Assembly (NCBI GenBank): GCA_026388655.1
Contig: JAPLJI010000057.1
Location: 3,604-67,603 of the forward strand
Length of the DNA: 64,000 nt
Direction of reading: 5' to 3'
Source: Pseudomonadota bacterium
GTDB taxonomy: Bacteria; Desulfobacterota; JAPLJL01
The first letter of the stretch is position 1. Each line of letters starts with the position of its first letter. Below are positions 9,892 through 20,275 of this stretch, one piece after another. The notes beneath the pieces were generated by a model that was given only the letters and a program-made list of their open reading frames with translations, did no database searches and had not been told where the DNA came from. The translations under genes were made by a program, and so were the position numbers.

Positions 9892-10863
9892 TTAGTTTCT
9901 CCCCAGAAAGAGCTGATCCGCCGCCAGGCGCGGATTGGCATTGGCCCGCACCAGGGAAATGGTGGATTCCAGGATCTCGAGTCTCCGAAAGATATCCTCC
10001 CAGTCTCTTTCCCGCTCGGCCTCCAGCAGATCCTCGAGGTCGGGGTTAATGAGCGGCAAACCCTTTTCTCTCTTTCCGGGGGACAGCTTCCAGACCATCA
10101 GGTCCCGGAACAGGCCCCGGAAAAATTCCAGCTCTTCCAGGAGTTCCGCCCGGTCGGAGGCCATGACTTCCTCTCCGAGCCCGGTTCCCGCGTCCGTTTC
10201 CCGCCAGACCCGGCCGGCGAGTTCCCTTAAATGCTGGCGCGATTCGGGGGTGATGGCCAGGGCCCGGGCCAGGCTTCCCTGGGCGGATGCGGCGATCGCC
10301 TGGGCCTCCACCCGGGGCACCCCCCGCTTCTCTTCCAGGTAAGCGGCCATCTCTTCCCCGTTCAAGGGGGAAAAAAGCACCCGCTGGCAGCGCGACACGA
10401 TGGTGGGGAGCAATCCCTCCGGGCCCGGGGCGATCAGGATGAAAATCGCGCCTCCCGGCGGCTCTTCCAGTATCTTCAGGAGCGAATTGGCCGCCTGGGG
10501 GGTGAACTTTTCCGCCCCGTCAATCACGATAACCCTCCGGCTTCCCTCCCCGGGATGGTAAAAAAGTAACTTGTTGAGCTCCCGGATCTTCTCGATCTTG
10601 ATGGTTCCTTCCTCCGCGCCGTAAAAAATCACCTCGGGAAAATTCCCGGAATCAATCCGGCGGCAGACCGAGCAGGCGTCGCAAAAGTCCCCCCGGTTTC
10701 CTTCCGGGCAGGAAACCGCCTTGGCCAGGGCCCGGGCCACCTCCCGGCGGCCCACCCCCTCCGGCCCGGCAAAAAGGTAGGCGGGGGGAAGGCGGCGGCT
10801 GGCCACCGCGCTCCGGAGCATCTCGATCTCCTTCTTATGCCCGATTATCTCTTCCCAGCGCAT
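9892..10863 (-). CDS. holB: DNA polymerase III delta-prime subunit
   Basis: AAA+ clamp-loader motifs LFAGPEGVGRRE plus a CxxC zinc module (CPEGNRGDFCDACSVC). Confidence 0.8.
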   Translation of the reverse strand: MRWEEIIGHKKEIEMLRSAVASRRLPPAYLFAGPEGVGRREVARALAKAVSCPEGNRGDFCDACSVCRRIDSGNFPEVIFYGAEEGTIKIEKIRELNKLLFYHPGEGSRRVIVIDGAEKFTPQAANSLLKILEEPPGGAIFILIAPGPEGLLPTIVSRCQRVLFSPLNGEEMAAYLEEKRGVPRVEAQAIAASAQGSLARALAITPESRQHLRELAGRVWRETDAGTGLGEEVMASDRAELLEELEFFRGLFRDLMVWKLSPGKREKGLPLINPDLEDLLEAERERDWEDIFRRLEILESTISLVRANANPRLAADQLFLGRN

Positions 10864-10883
10864 CTCTCAAATCAAAGTTTATA

Positions 10884-11198
10884 ATTTCGGGTTTCGGGTT
10901 TCGAGTTTAAATCAATCATATTTTCCTGATCACCTGCTGCCCTGATATCCACTCCCTGATTCCCTGGTTACCTGATTTCCTTCGTTTCCCGTTTATCGTT
11001 TCTCGCAAGGCTGAAGCCTTGCCCTCTCCGAGCCGTAGGCTCTTCCGAGCCGGAGGCTACGTTCTGGTTAATCTGGTTTATTGAGTTTCTTTGGTTTAAC
11101 CCGAAACCAGAAACTAGAGACCCGAAACTTTCTTTATATATTCCGCAATCCCTCCGGGCCGGAGGCCGCAATCTGCAATCCGCAATTCATTTTGTTTT
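10884..11198. repeat. Composite repeat block containing (TTTCGGG)n inverted arms, a CCTGAT-type repeat, GCTGAAGCC hairpins and a CCGCAATCC box
   Basis: tttcgggtttcgggtttcgagttt at 10884 pairs with cccgaaaccagaaactagagacccgaaac at 11100. ttccgcaatccctccgggccggaggccgcaatctgcaatccgcaat at 11151 matches the sequence at 901-950. Confidence 0.6.
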
Positions 11199-12587
11199 TT
11201 CGAGATATTCCCGGTATCTCGCCAGGGCCGAGAAGACCCGGGCGGCGTTCTCCGGCGAGCTGATGATCGGCACCCGGTCTCCGAAAGCTTCCCGGAGGAT
11301 CTCGATCCAGGCCCGGTTCCCGATCGGGGCCAGGATCAGGGTTTTCCCTCCCGGCCCCAGCAATTCCTTCGGCAGGTTTCCCACTAGCGAGGCCGGCGGG
11401 ACCCCCTGTCGGACGAATTCCTTGGCCACGAAGGAAGGCAGGACCGGGATCCCGATAATCCCGTCCAGGTCCGGATCGGAAAGGATCACGGACAGGCCCT
11501 CGCCGAAAAGTCCGGAAGGCCCCACGTCCAGGGGATTGCGGATGGACATCCAGGCGGGGGCGATCTTTTTCATCTCGTTCCGGCTCCGCTCGGAAATGTC
11601 CGGGATCGTGAGCCCCAGGTTCACGCAGGTATCAGCGGTCTGCACCCCCATCGAGCCGGAAGAGGTGATGATCCCCGCCCTCCGCCCTTTCGGGAGGGAG
11701 GCCACCGAGAAAGCCCGGGCCAGGTCAAAGAGACCGAAAAAGTCATCCGACCGAACCACCCCGCACTGGCGAAAAGCCGCCTCGAAAATGGCGTCGTCCC
11801 CGGACAAGCTGCCGGTGTGCGAGAGGGCGGCCTTCCGGCCCACCTCGCTCCGCCCGCTCTTCAGGATCAGGATGGGTTTTTTCCGGGTCACCCGCGCGGC
11901 CAGGGAAAGAAAGGCCCGGCCGTTCTGGACTCCCTCTAGATATAAAACGATCACCTTGGTGGCCGGGTCGTCCGCCAGGTACTCGATCAGGTCGAGCTCC
12001 CCCACGTCCATCCGGTTACCGATGGTGATCACCTTGCTGAAGCGGATCCCGTTTTCCGGCCCCCAGTCGAGAATGATGTTCCCGAACACCCCGCTCTGGG
12101 CCACCACCGAGATCGGCCCGGGGGCCAGGCTTTCCTGCGGAACCTGGGTGGAGATGAAGCGGTTCGCGGTGTTCACCACCCCGATGCAGTTGGGGCCGAT
12201 CACCCGGATCCCGGCCTGGCGGGCGAATTCCTTCAGTTCCTCCTCGCGCTTTTTCCCTTCCGGCCCGGTTTCGGAAAAGCCGGCCGCCTCCAGGATGATG
12301 GACTTGATTCCCTTCCGGGCGCAGGCCTGGAACACCGGGAGGCAGATCGGGGCGGGGACAACCACAATGGCGAGATCCACCTTTCCCGGGATGGCCTCCA
12401 CGTCCGGGTAAACCGGAAGCCCGATGATCTCCTTTTCCCGGGGATTGACCAGCCGGAGCCGGTCCCGGTAGCCGTTTTCGGAAAGGCAGAGGGGCAATCC
12501 GGCCCCGAAAGCGATTCCCTTGGTGGCCCCGACAATCGCGACGGTTTCCGGCTCAAAAAATGGCTTTAATTCCTGTCTCAGCTCCAA
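11187..12587 (-). CDS. NDP-forming acyl-CoA synthetase, alpha-type subunit (CoA-binding plus succinyl-CoA-synthetase-like flavodoxin domains)
   Basis: 466-aa ORF with a CoA-binding Rossmann N-terminus (VAIVGATKG...) and the phospho-His loop region SHTGSLSG. No ATP-grasp part is present in the window. Confidence 0.7.
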   Translation of the reverse strand: MELRQELKPFFEPETVAIVGATKGIAFGAGLPLCLSENGYRDRLRLVNPREKEIIGLPVYPDVEAIPGKVDLAIVVVPAPICLPVFQACARKGIKSIILEAAGFSETGPEGKKREEELKEFARQAGIRVIGPNCIGVVNTANRFISTQVPQESLAPGPISVVAQSGVFGNIILDWGPENGIRFSKVITIGNRMDVGELDLIEYLADDPATKVIVLYLEGVQNGRAFLSLAARVTRKKPILILKSGRSEVGRKAALSHTGSLSGDDAIFEAAFRQCGVVRSDDFFGLFDLARAFSVASLPKGRRAGIITSSGSMGVQTADTCVNLGLTIPDISERSRNEMKKIAPAWMSIRNPLDVGPSGLFGEGLSVILSDPDLDGIIGIPVLPSFVAKEFVRQGVPPASLVGNLPKELLGPGGKTLILAPIGNRAWIEILREAFGDRVPIISSPENAARVFSALARYREYLEKTK

Positions 12588-12832
12588 AAATCCCTCCTTG
12601 ATTATTCGCCCAGGTTAAAAAAATAGTTTCTCCCCCACCCGATGTCCATAACCACGAGCCGTCTAATTATAGTAATTTTCTATCTATTGCAAAATGTTTG
12701 GCCGCGTCTTGACCTCGGGTGGGGAGGGACCTCATTGGCGAAAACCTCTTTGGCCCGCAACCTAAAAATTTTCCCCCTTATTGTTATCATTAGCAACCTA
12801 ATGTACTGCGTCGAAAGTCCCTTTACATTCTT

Positions 12833-12984
12833 GTCATTCCGGGCTTGACTGAGCCTGCCCCGTATTTGATCCGGGGGAATCCAGCCTTTTAATCGGATTC
12901 CCACTGGAGTTTATCCCGCACTCTGATGCGGGATGGGAATGACCCCGCTTTTTTGCGGGCAGATAGAAGAAAGACGGGAATGAC
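12833..12984. repeat. GTCATTCC...GGAATGAC hairpin repeat element (about 112 bp core plus an extra hairpin)
   Basis: The core is about 88% identical to 59579-59690. The inverted termini gtcattccggg / cccgggaatgac match the short copies at 15940, 20202, 27407 and 35740. Confidence 0.75.
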
Positions 12985-13159
12985 GGCTTCGAAATTAATG
13001 TAACGAAGTGTTGGATGCACGACACTAAATGCGATAAGATGGGTCTACACGTTAAATCAACCCAACGCCTTCCATGGCATTAACCATGCAATCCTTGATG
13101 ATTCGAAATACCCTCAGCCCCGGTCCATTTCCGAAGATCTTCATTTCGGAATTTTACCT

Positions 13160-15136
13160 TTGTTCCATTGGCAAAAATCCATCATGAACAATTTTTTCAT
13201 GTCCGATTATAGTTATCTGCTCCTGCTGAAATCCTTTGTCACCATAATAAAAAATTCCTTCCTCGTGTCCTTTATTATCGCCTTATCGGTATCCTTGGGA
13301 AGTTACCTGTTAGAAAAACTTAAATTCAATTTCCCCTCATTATTAGAAAAGCTTGTTTGCTCGGCCGGGGTGGGCCTGGGGTTATATGCCCACCTGGTTC
13401 TCTTGATCGGGTTCCTGGGATGGTTATATCCTCAGGTTTTTTATGCAATTTTATTAATCAATTTTTTGCTATTTTATGGAAACCTTAAAAAATGGGTTCT
13501 GCAATTAAAAGAACAGAATTTGCTGGTTTTTTTCAGGTTTTCTGACTGGAAGCAGGTCTTTTTTTACGGGGGAGCGGCGGTAATTATCCTTTCTTCATTT
13601 CTGGTAAATCTTACCCCGGTTTCATTCTATGATAATCTAATTTACCACTACGGGGTTCCTAAATACTATATCGCCTCCCATCGAATCATATTCATCGAGG
13701 GAAATATTTATGCAAATTTCCCTCAAATAGCGGAAATGCTTTTTCTGCTGGGGATGATTCTGGATTCTCCCTTGACCGCCAATCTTATCCATTTTTCCCT
13801 GGGCATCTTTCTTTTGCTTACGGTTTACTCATTCAGCCGAAACCGCTGGGGCAATTCCGCCGCCAATTTCGCCATATTATTCCTGGTCATGACTCCCGGA
13901 TTAATGCAATGGATAAGCCTGCCAAACGTGGATATAGAATTCGCCTGGTTTAACCTGCTCGCCCTTTTTATTTTGCTTAAATGGTTTGATTGTCGGAGTC
14001 CGAAAATCCTGGTCCTGTCCGCGGTGTTTGCCGGGCTTTCAATCGGGGTGAAATATACCGGGCTCATTTATTCTTTGGGAATTTTTATTTTGTTGATGGC
14101 AATCGAAAATATCATCACCCGTCAGTTAAGCTCCCTTAAGTTGCTAAAAAATATTTCCATCTATTGCGGGGTCGGGTTGATTGTTTTCCTTCCTTATTTG
14201 ATCAAAAATTATCATTTCACCGGGAATCCGGTTTCCCCGGCGCTTCCTCAGGTATTCAATCCCAACGGGGATCAGACCCGTGAATACCAGGCCTTATTGC
14301 GGGACGGGAAAAACGTAACTTTCTCAAAAGATTTTCTCCATACGATTCCTCAGCTGGTAAAAACTTTCTTAAATAATACTGTTCTGGTAAAAAAATATAT
14401 CGAATTCGGATCGTTTATCGGACCCCATTTTTTAATATTCCTGCCTTTAATATTTTTTCTCCGAAGGAAATGGAAAGAAATCCGGCTCTTAATTTATTTC
14501 CTCATCCTTTACGCGGGATTTTGGATTGGCACCTTTTGGATGATTAGATTTTTATATCCGGCCATCATCGTTACCTTCATGCTCATTGGTTACGCCTTCG
14601 ATAATTTAGACAAAAAACCAGGTTATCCAAGATTACTTATGCAGGCGGTTTTTATCTTGATCTTTGCGTTAAATTTTTTCGTTTTCCTGGAAATCTTTGA
14701 TCGGACAAAATCAATAAAATTTATTTTCGAAGGGATGGATGACAAATTATATATGTCCCGGGTTCTAAGCTCTTATCCCGTAATGGAGAAAGCGAATACC
14801 GAATTGCCCCCCTCCGCGAAGATTTTATGCCTGGGGGAAACCAGAAATTTTTACCTGGATATTCAAAATATCTGCCCTTCCGTATTCAATGCCAATCCCC
14901 TGTTCAAAATCCTGAAAGAATCCAATGATGTTATAGAAATAAAGGCCGGATTAAAGCAGCTGAAAATCACCCACATCCTCTACGACCCGGATGAATTGGA
15001 ACGAATTAGCCATTTCGGTGTTTATTTCCCGCCCCGGAATGAAAATAGCAAGGCCGCGCTCTTTAACAAATTTTTGGAAGATTGTTGGCCCCCAGTTTAC
15101 GAACAAAATCGTGTTTATTTATTAGGGATTAAATAA
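13160..15136 (+). CDS. Polytopic membrane protein, probably a GT-C-fold glycosyltransferase (GT39/ArnT-like), in a sharply AT-rich insert
   Basis: 658-aa ORF with at least 12 predicted TM helices and a C-terminal soluble domain of about 150 aa. Local GC is far below the flanking DNA. The true start may be the MNNFF or MSDYS Met. Confidence 0.5.
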   Translation: MFHWQKSIMNNFFMSDYSYLLLLKSFVTIIKNSFLVSFIIALSVSLGSYLLEKLKFNFPSLLEKLVCSAGVGLGLYAHLVLLIGFLGWLYPQVFYAILLINFLLFYGNLKKWVLQLKEQNLLVFFRFSDWKQVFFYGGAAVIILSSFLVNLTPVSFYDNLIYHYGVPKYYIASHRIIFIEGNIYANFPQIAEMLFLLGMILDSPLTANLIHFSLGIFLLLTVYSFSRNRWGNSAANFAILFLVMTPGLMQWISLPNVDIEFAWFNLLALFILLKWFDCRSPKILVLSAVFAGLSIGVKYTGLIYSLGIFILLMAIENIITRQLSSLKLLKNISIYCGVGLIVFLPYLIKNYHFTGNPVSPALPQVFNPNGDQTREYQALLRDGKNVTFSKDFLHTIPQLVKTFLNNTVLVKKYIEFGSFIGPHFLIFLPLIFFLRRKWKEIRLLIYFLILYAGFWIGTFWMIRFLYPAIIVTFMLIGYAFDNLDKKPGYPRLLMQAVFILIFALNFFVFLEIFDRTKSIKFIFEGMDDKLYMSRVLSSYPVMEKANTELPPSAKILCLGETRNFYLDIQNICPSVFNANPLFKILKESNDVIEIKAGLKQLKITHILYDPDELERISHFGVYFPPRNENSKAALFNKFLEDCWPPVYEQNRVYLLGIK

Positions 15137-15167
15137 GGCCACGACAAAAATTTAAAAGAATCCTGTT

Positions 15168-15824
15168 CTAACGGGTCAGGTTGGAGGAGAGCGTTTGGCT
15201 CGCTATTTTGACCACCTGCCGGTATACCTCTTTCACCGGTAAAGCAGCGTTGATTACTTTTACCCGTTTTTTCTCAGCCCGGGCGATCCGGAGGTAGCCC
15301 GCGCGGACCTTACGGTGGAAATCGAGTTTCTCCCGCTCAAACCGGTCGAGCGTCTTCTTCGCTTTCCGGATCCGCCGGAATCCCTCGGCGGGGTCCAAAT
15401 CGAAAAGCAGGGTCAGGTCCGGTTGAACCCGAAGCGGAAGGAACTTGAGGAGCCGGCGGATTTTTTCCATCCCGAGGCCCCGCCCCGCCCCCTGGTAGGC
15501 CAGCGTGGCGTCCTCGTAACGGTCGCAGAGCACGATCTTCCCGGCGGCGCGGGCGGGAATGATCACCTCGGCCAGGAGCTGCTGGCGGCTCGCCAGGTAG
15601 AGCAAGAGTTCGACCCGGGGATCGATCCGGCCGGCGTTGGCCGGGTCCAACAGCAATTTGCGGATGGCTTCGCCGAGCCTGGTTCCGCCCGGCTCGCGGG
15701 TGACCAGGACCTTAAGACCCCGGCTGGAAAGATAATCCGCGAGGAGACGGGTCTGGGTGGATTTTCCGCATCCCTCTATTCCTTCAAAAGTAATGAATCG
15801 GCCCGGTACTTTTTTCAAAGTCAT
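15168..15824 (-). CDS. tmk: Thymidylate kinase
   Basis: P-loop FITFEGIEGCGKSTQ and a DRY-like LCDRY lid motif. The start is set at MTLKK because the upstream extension of the ORF runs into a hairpin repeat. Confidence 0.85.
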   Translation of the reverse strand: MTLKKVPGRFITFEGIEGCGKSTQTRLLADYLSSRGLKVLVTREPGGTRLGEAIRKLLLDPANAGRIDPRVELLLYLASRQQLLAEVIIPARAAGKIVLCDRYEDATLAYQGAGRGLGMEKIRRLLKFLPLRVQPDLTLLFDLDPAEGFRRIRKAKKTLDRFEREKLDFHRKVRAGYLRIARAEKKRVKVINAALPVKEVYRQVVKIASQTLSSNLTR

Positions 15825-15983
15825 TGTTCTTTTCCGTTTATCTCTAACCACATATTTAACAAGATAGGTAGCCGCAACCTTTAGGTTGCGCCATTTTCGC
15901 AGGCTGAAGCCTGCGGCTACCACTGAAAAATTTAACCCTGGATTCCTGCTTTCGCAGGAATGACACCCAAAAAACCTAAACTG

Positions 15984-16991
15984 TTATGAAACAAAATGTT
16001 CGTAACCCCCTCGAGAAAACGGTAGGATTTTCCCTTGGCGGTCCTTCACCGTGACCTCCGGTTTTCCCGCCTTTACCCTGCCGATCCGTTGGAGCGGAAG
16101 CTTTATTTTCCGGGCCAGCTTTTCCACCGCCTCCCATTTTCCCGGGGGCGCGGTGAAAACCAGCTCGTAATCCTCCCCCCCGGTCAGGGCCAGCCGGAGC
16201 GGGTCCCGCCCGATCTTCCGGGCCGAGGCGGCAAAACCGGCCGGGAGCTTGATCCAGTCGGCCTCGATCTCGATGGCGACCCGGCTCTCCCGGGCCAGGC
16301 GCTTAAGATCCAGGACTAGGCCGTCGGAAAGGTCCATCAGGGAGTTGGCCAGCTTATGGCGGGCCAACTCCTGGCCCAGCCGGAGCCGCGGTTCGGGGAC
16401 GAGGTGCTTCCGGATCCAGCGCCGGCCTGCCGGGTCCAGCTTTTTGCCCCGGCTTAAAAATTCCCATCCCAGGGCCGATTCCCCCGGCCAGCCCGAGACA
16501 AAAACCCCGTCTCCGGGCCGGGCCCCGTCCCGCCCGATAAAACCGGACGGGAGGGTCTCGCCCAAAACCGTCACCGCGATGAATACCGCCGGGGCGCGGG
16601 AGATGTCCCCCCCGACGAGATTGGTTTCATATCTCCGGGCCGCCCGGGCAAAGCCGGAGAAAAAATCCCGGAGGAAATCCCGGGAAAGCCCGGCGGGAAG
16701 CCCGAGCCCCAGGAAAGCGTAACGGGGCACGCCCCCCATCGCCGCGATATCGCTTAGATTCACCGTGAGAGACTTGAATCCCAGGTCGCGGGGAGGGGTG
16801 AAAACCAGGTCAAAGTGCACCCCCTCGATTAAAAGGTCGGTGGTCGCCAGCAACCGGGAACCAGGGGACGGAAGAATCACCGCGGCATCGTCCCCGATCC
16901 CCCGCAGGGCCCGGGGACGAAAATCCCGGAATCTCTTCCGGATCAAGTCAACGATTGCAAGCTCGCCGAGCTCGCGCAACTTTTTGGACAT
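15984..16991 (-). CDS. thiL: Thiamine-monophosphate kinase
   Basis: AIR-synthase-related fold with IGDDAAV and [10 protein letters not shown] motifs. The annotated start overlaps the lon 3' end by 44 nt. Confidence 0.8.
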   Translation of the reverse strand: MSKKLRELGELAIVDLIRKRFRDFRPRALRGIGDDAAVILPSPGSRLLATTDLLIEGVHFDLVFTPPRDLGFKSLTVNLSDIAAMGGVPRYAFLGLGLPAGLSRDFLRDFFSGFARAARRYETNLVGGDISRAPAVFIAVTVLGETLPSGFIGRDGARPGDGVFVSGWPGESALGWEFLSRGKKLDPAGRRWIRKHLVPEPRLRLGQELARHKLANSLMDLSDGLVLDLKRLARESRVAIEIEADWIKLPAGFAASARKIGRDPLRLALTGGEDYELVFTAPPGKWEAVEKLARKIKLPLQRIGRVKAGKPEVTVKDRQGKILPFSRGGYEHFVS

Positions 16992-19419
16992 TCCCGCTCG
17001 AAATATTTTGGGAGGCTTTCCGGGGCTGGGAAGGGCCGGCCTTGATCTTGTTCCGCAAGGCGATGGCGATCACCTGGTCGACATTCCGGACCGGAAGAAA
17101 CTTCACCTGTTTCTTCACGTACCTGGGGATCTCGACCAGGTCCTTCAGGTTCTGCTCGGGAATGATGATCTCCTTGATCTTGGCCCGCGCGGCCGCCAGG
17201 GTCTTTTCCTTCAGTCCCCCGATCGGCAGCACCTGGCCCCGGAGGGTGATTTCCCCGGTCATGGCCACTTCCCGCCTTACCGGGATCCGGGTCAGGGCCG
17301 AAACCAGGGCCACCGCCATCGTGATCCCGGCCGAAGGGCCGTCCTTGGGGGTGGCGCCGGCGGGGACGTGGATGTGAATATCGCTCTCCCGGTAAAAATT
17401 CCCGTTCAGCCCGAACCGGTCCGCCCGGCTCCGGGCATAGGAGAGGGCGGCCCGGGCGGATTCCTTCATCACCTCGCCCAGGTGCCCGGTCAGGATCAGC
17501 TCCCCCTTCCCCTTCATGATGATGGCTTCCACCCGGATGATATCCCCGCCGTTCTCCGTCCAGGCCAGGCCGGTGGAAACCCCCACGGAATCCTGTTCCT
17601 CCTCCTCTTCGGGCAGGAAGCGGGGCGGGCCGAGTAGCTTTTCCACGAAGTGCGGATCGATATGAAAAGGCCCCTTTTCCCCTTCCGCTACCTTCCGGGC
17701 CACCTTGCGGCAGACCTGGGCGATCTCGCGCTCGAGATTGCGGAGGCCCGCCTCCTTGGTGTACTGGCTGATGATCTTCTTCATCGCCTTATCCGAGAAC
17801 TCCAGGTGCCCCGGCTTCAGTCCGTTGGCGTCCAATTGCCGGGGGATCAAAAATTTCCAGGCGATGTTCAGCTTGTCCTCGTCGGTATAACCGGAAATGG
17901 TGATGATCTCCATCCGATCCCGGAGGGTCGGGTGAATCGAGTCCAGGAGATTGGCGGTAGCGATGAAGAGAACCCGGGAGAGGTCGAAGGGCACCCCCAG
18001 GTAGTGGTCGGTGAAATTGGTGTTCTGCTCCGGGTCCAGAATCTCGAGCAGGGCCGAGGAAGGGTCCCCGCGGAAATCCTGCCCTAGCTTGTCCACCTCG
18101 TCCATCATGAAAACCGGGTTGTGGGAACCGGCCTGCTTCATCCCCTGGATGATCTTGCCCGGGAGCGCCCCGACATACGTCCTCCGGTGGCCGCGGATCT
18201 CGGCTTCATCCCGCAGGCCCCCGAGCGAGATCCGGACGAAATTTCTCCCCATCGCCCGGGCGATGGACCGGCCCAGGGAGGTTTTCCCCACCCCGGGGGG
18301 GCCGACGAAGCAGAGAATGGGGCCCCGCATATCTTGTTTCAGCTTGCGCACCCCCAGGTATTCGAGAATCCTTTCCTTCACCCGCTCCAGGTCGTAATGA
18401 TCCTCTTCCAGGATTTTCTGGGCTTGGGGGAGTTCCAGGAAATCCTTGGTTTGTTTGCTCCAGGGAAGCTCGATCAGCCAGTCCAGGTAGGTCCGGGCCA
18501 CCGTGGCCTCGGCGGAATCCTGGTGCATCCTTTCCAGGCGGGTCAGCTGTTTTTCCGCCTCCTCTTCCACCTCCCTGGGCATCTTGGCCGCCTTGATTTT
18601 GTTCCGGAGCTCCTCCATCTCGGAGAGCCGCTCGTCCAGTTCCCCGAGCTCGCCCTGGATCGCCTTTAACTGCTCGCGCAGGAAATATTCCCGCTGGGAT
18701 TTGGTGATCCCCTCGCGGGCCTGGGACTGGATCTTGGCCTGCATGGTCAGGAGCTCGAGTTCCCGGCCCAGGATCTCGTTCAGGGAAGTCAGGCGCTGGA
18801 TCGGGTCCATGGTCTTCAGAACCTGCTGGGCGTTCTCGATCTTGAGATTCAGGTTGGCGGCCACCACGTCGGCCAGCCGGCCCGCGTCGTTGATATTCTC
18901 GATCACCATCATGAAATCCGGGGGAACCACCCGGCCCAGGGAAACCATCTTTTCCAGCTGTTCCCGGACATTCCGGATCCGGGCCTCGAGTTCCAGGTTG
19001 AGCTCCGGGGCGGGAAGCTCGGCGACCCGCTCCACCCGGACCGCCAGGAAAGGTTTTTCCTGGGTAAATTCGCGGATCCGGCCCCGTTCGAGTCCCTGGA
19101 TCAGGACCTTGACCCGGCCGTCGGGCAACTTCAGCATCCGCATGATCAGCGCGATCGTTCCGAATTCGAAGATATCCTTGGGATTAGGGTCTTCCTCGGC
19201 CGGGCTTTTCTGGGCGGCGATAAAGATGAAACGGCCCCGCTCCAGGGCCTCGTCCACCGAGCGGATGCTAATCTCCCGGCCCACGAAGAGGGTGATGATC
19301 ATGTAGGGGAAGACCACCACGTCCCGGACGGCCAGGAGTGGCAGGACTTCCGGGATCCGCAATTCCTCGGGATCCAGTTCCTTTTCCAGGGCGACTGCTT
19401 TTTCTTCCCCTTCGCTCAT
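16948..19419 (-). CDS. lon: ATP-dependent protease Lon
   Basis: 823-aa ORF with an N-terminal LON domain, the AAA+ Walker A motif GPPGVGKTS, and the Ser-Lys protease dyad region PKDGPSAG. Confidence 0.9.
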   Translation of the reverse strand: MSEGEEKAVALEKELDPEELRIPEVLPLLAVRDVVVFPYMIITLFVGREISIRSVDEALERGRFIFIAAQKSPAEEDPNPKDIFEFGTIALIMRMLKLPDGRVKVLIQGLERGRIREFTQEKPFLAVRVERVAELPAPELNLELEARIRNVREQLEKMVSLGRVVPPDFMMVIENINDAGRLADVVAANLNLKIENAQQVLKTMDPIQRLTSLNEILGRELELLTMQAKIQSQAREGITKSQREYFLREQLKAIQGELGELDERLSEMEELRNKIKAAKMPREVEEEAEKQLTRLERMHQDSAEATVARTYLDWLIELPWSKQTKDFLELPQAQKILEEDHYDLERVKERILEYLGVRKLKQDMRGPILCFVGPPGVGKTSLGRSIARAMGRNFVRISLGGLRDEAEIRGHRRTYVGALPGKIIQGMKQAGSHNPVFMMDEVDKLGQDFRGDPSSALLEILDPEQNTNFTDHYLGVPFDLSRVLFIATANLLDSIHPTLRDRMEIITISGYTDEDKLNIAWKFLIPRQLDANGLKPGHLEFSDKAMKKIISQYTKEAGLRNLEREIAQVCRKVARKVAEGEKGPFHIDPHFVEKLLGPPRFLPEEEEEQDSVGVSTGLAWTENGGDIIRVEAIIMKGKGELILTGHLGEVMKESARAALSYARSRADRFGLNGNFYRESDIHIHVPAGATPKDGPSAGITMAVALVSALTRIPVRREVAMTGEITLRGQVLPIGGLKEKTLAAARAKIKEIIIPEQNLKDLVEIPRYVKKQVKFLPVRNVDQVIAIALRNKIKAGPSQPRKASQNISSGNVQKVARARRACNR

Positions 19420-19436
19420 GCCATGCTCCGTCCGGG

Positions 19437-19895
19437 TTACTCCTGGGTGCGGATGGAAATCTTGCGCCGCCGGACCCGGCGGTCCACCACCTTGGGAAGC
19501 TCAAGATAGAGCACCCCTTCTTCCATCCAGGCTTCGATCTTACCGGTGTCCACCGACCCGGGAATCTCGATCACCCGGCGAAAGCGCCCGAATTCGCGCT
19601 CCATGCAGAGGTAGCGGCGCCGCTCTCCGGGGGTCTCAACCTCTTTCTTGTCCCCCTCGATAATAACGATATCCGAGGAGACGTGTAACTCGATTTCCTG
19701 GTCAGTCAGGCCGGTTAGCTCCACCACGATCCGGACTTTGTCTTTGGTCTCATGGATATCCACCAGGGGATAAGGCTGTCCCCTTTGCAGGGCCAGACTC
19801 TCGCGAAACTCGGAGAAAAAGGAACGGATCATCCGCTCCACCTCCCGCTCGATCGAGATAAGCCCGAGAGAATACCAGTCATCCCCTAACATCAT
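19437..19895 (-). CDS. Hsp20/alpha-crystallin family small heat-shock protein
   Basis: 152-aa ORF with an alpha-crystallin domain pattern ([18 protein letters not shown]...). It sits directly upstream of lon on the same strand. Confidence 0.75.
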   Translation of the reverse strand: MMLGDDWYSLGLISIEREVERMIRSFFSEFRESLALQRGQPYPLVDIHETKDKVRIVVELTGLTDQEIELHVSSDIVIIEGDKKEVETPGERRRYLCMEREFGRFRRVIEIPGSVDTGKIEAWMEEGVLYLELPKVVDRRVRRRKISIRTQE

Positions 19896-20275
19896 TGCCT
19901 ATCCACCCCTTTTTTCTGATCAATTAATTTTATCTTCGTTGGGGTTTTTTGACTAACTATCTTCCTATAACTTTTAGGCTTCTTAAACTCTTAGGCTTCT
20001 TAACTCTATTTAATATATAGTAGAAATCCCCGGGCGGGTCAAAAAGCGTCTAGGATAAAGCAATGAATAAAGTAAAATATAACCTACATGGGATAAATCA
20101 AAATAATTTTTGTCCAATTTAATATGGCAGTTATTAATTACTCGCATAATCAGGTTGCTGCGTTGCGGAGTTTACACTGAACAAAGTGAATGTGCTCCCT
20201 CGGAATGACGATAGGACGTGTCATTGCGAGCCCGAGTCCGACGAGGGCGCGGCAATCTTGAAACCAAATCTAAAA

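Noticed and set aside
12587-13160. Looked for tRNA, tmRNA or RNase P-like structures in the larger intergenic spacers (also 19896-20275, 24285-24590, 41948-42280, 55626-55995)
   Set aside because: No cloverleaf-compatible acceptor/T-arm pairings or conserved RNase P or tmRNA boxes were seen by eye. The structured segments are better explained as MITE or hairpin repeats. Formal tRNAscan or Infernal scans were not possible.
16765-19306. Several 130-290 aa plus-strand ORFs opposite lon and thiL
   Set aside because: Shadow ORFs. lon and thiL on the minus strand carry all the expected motifs.
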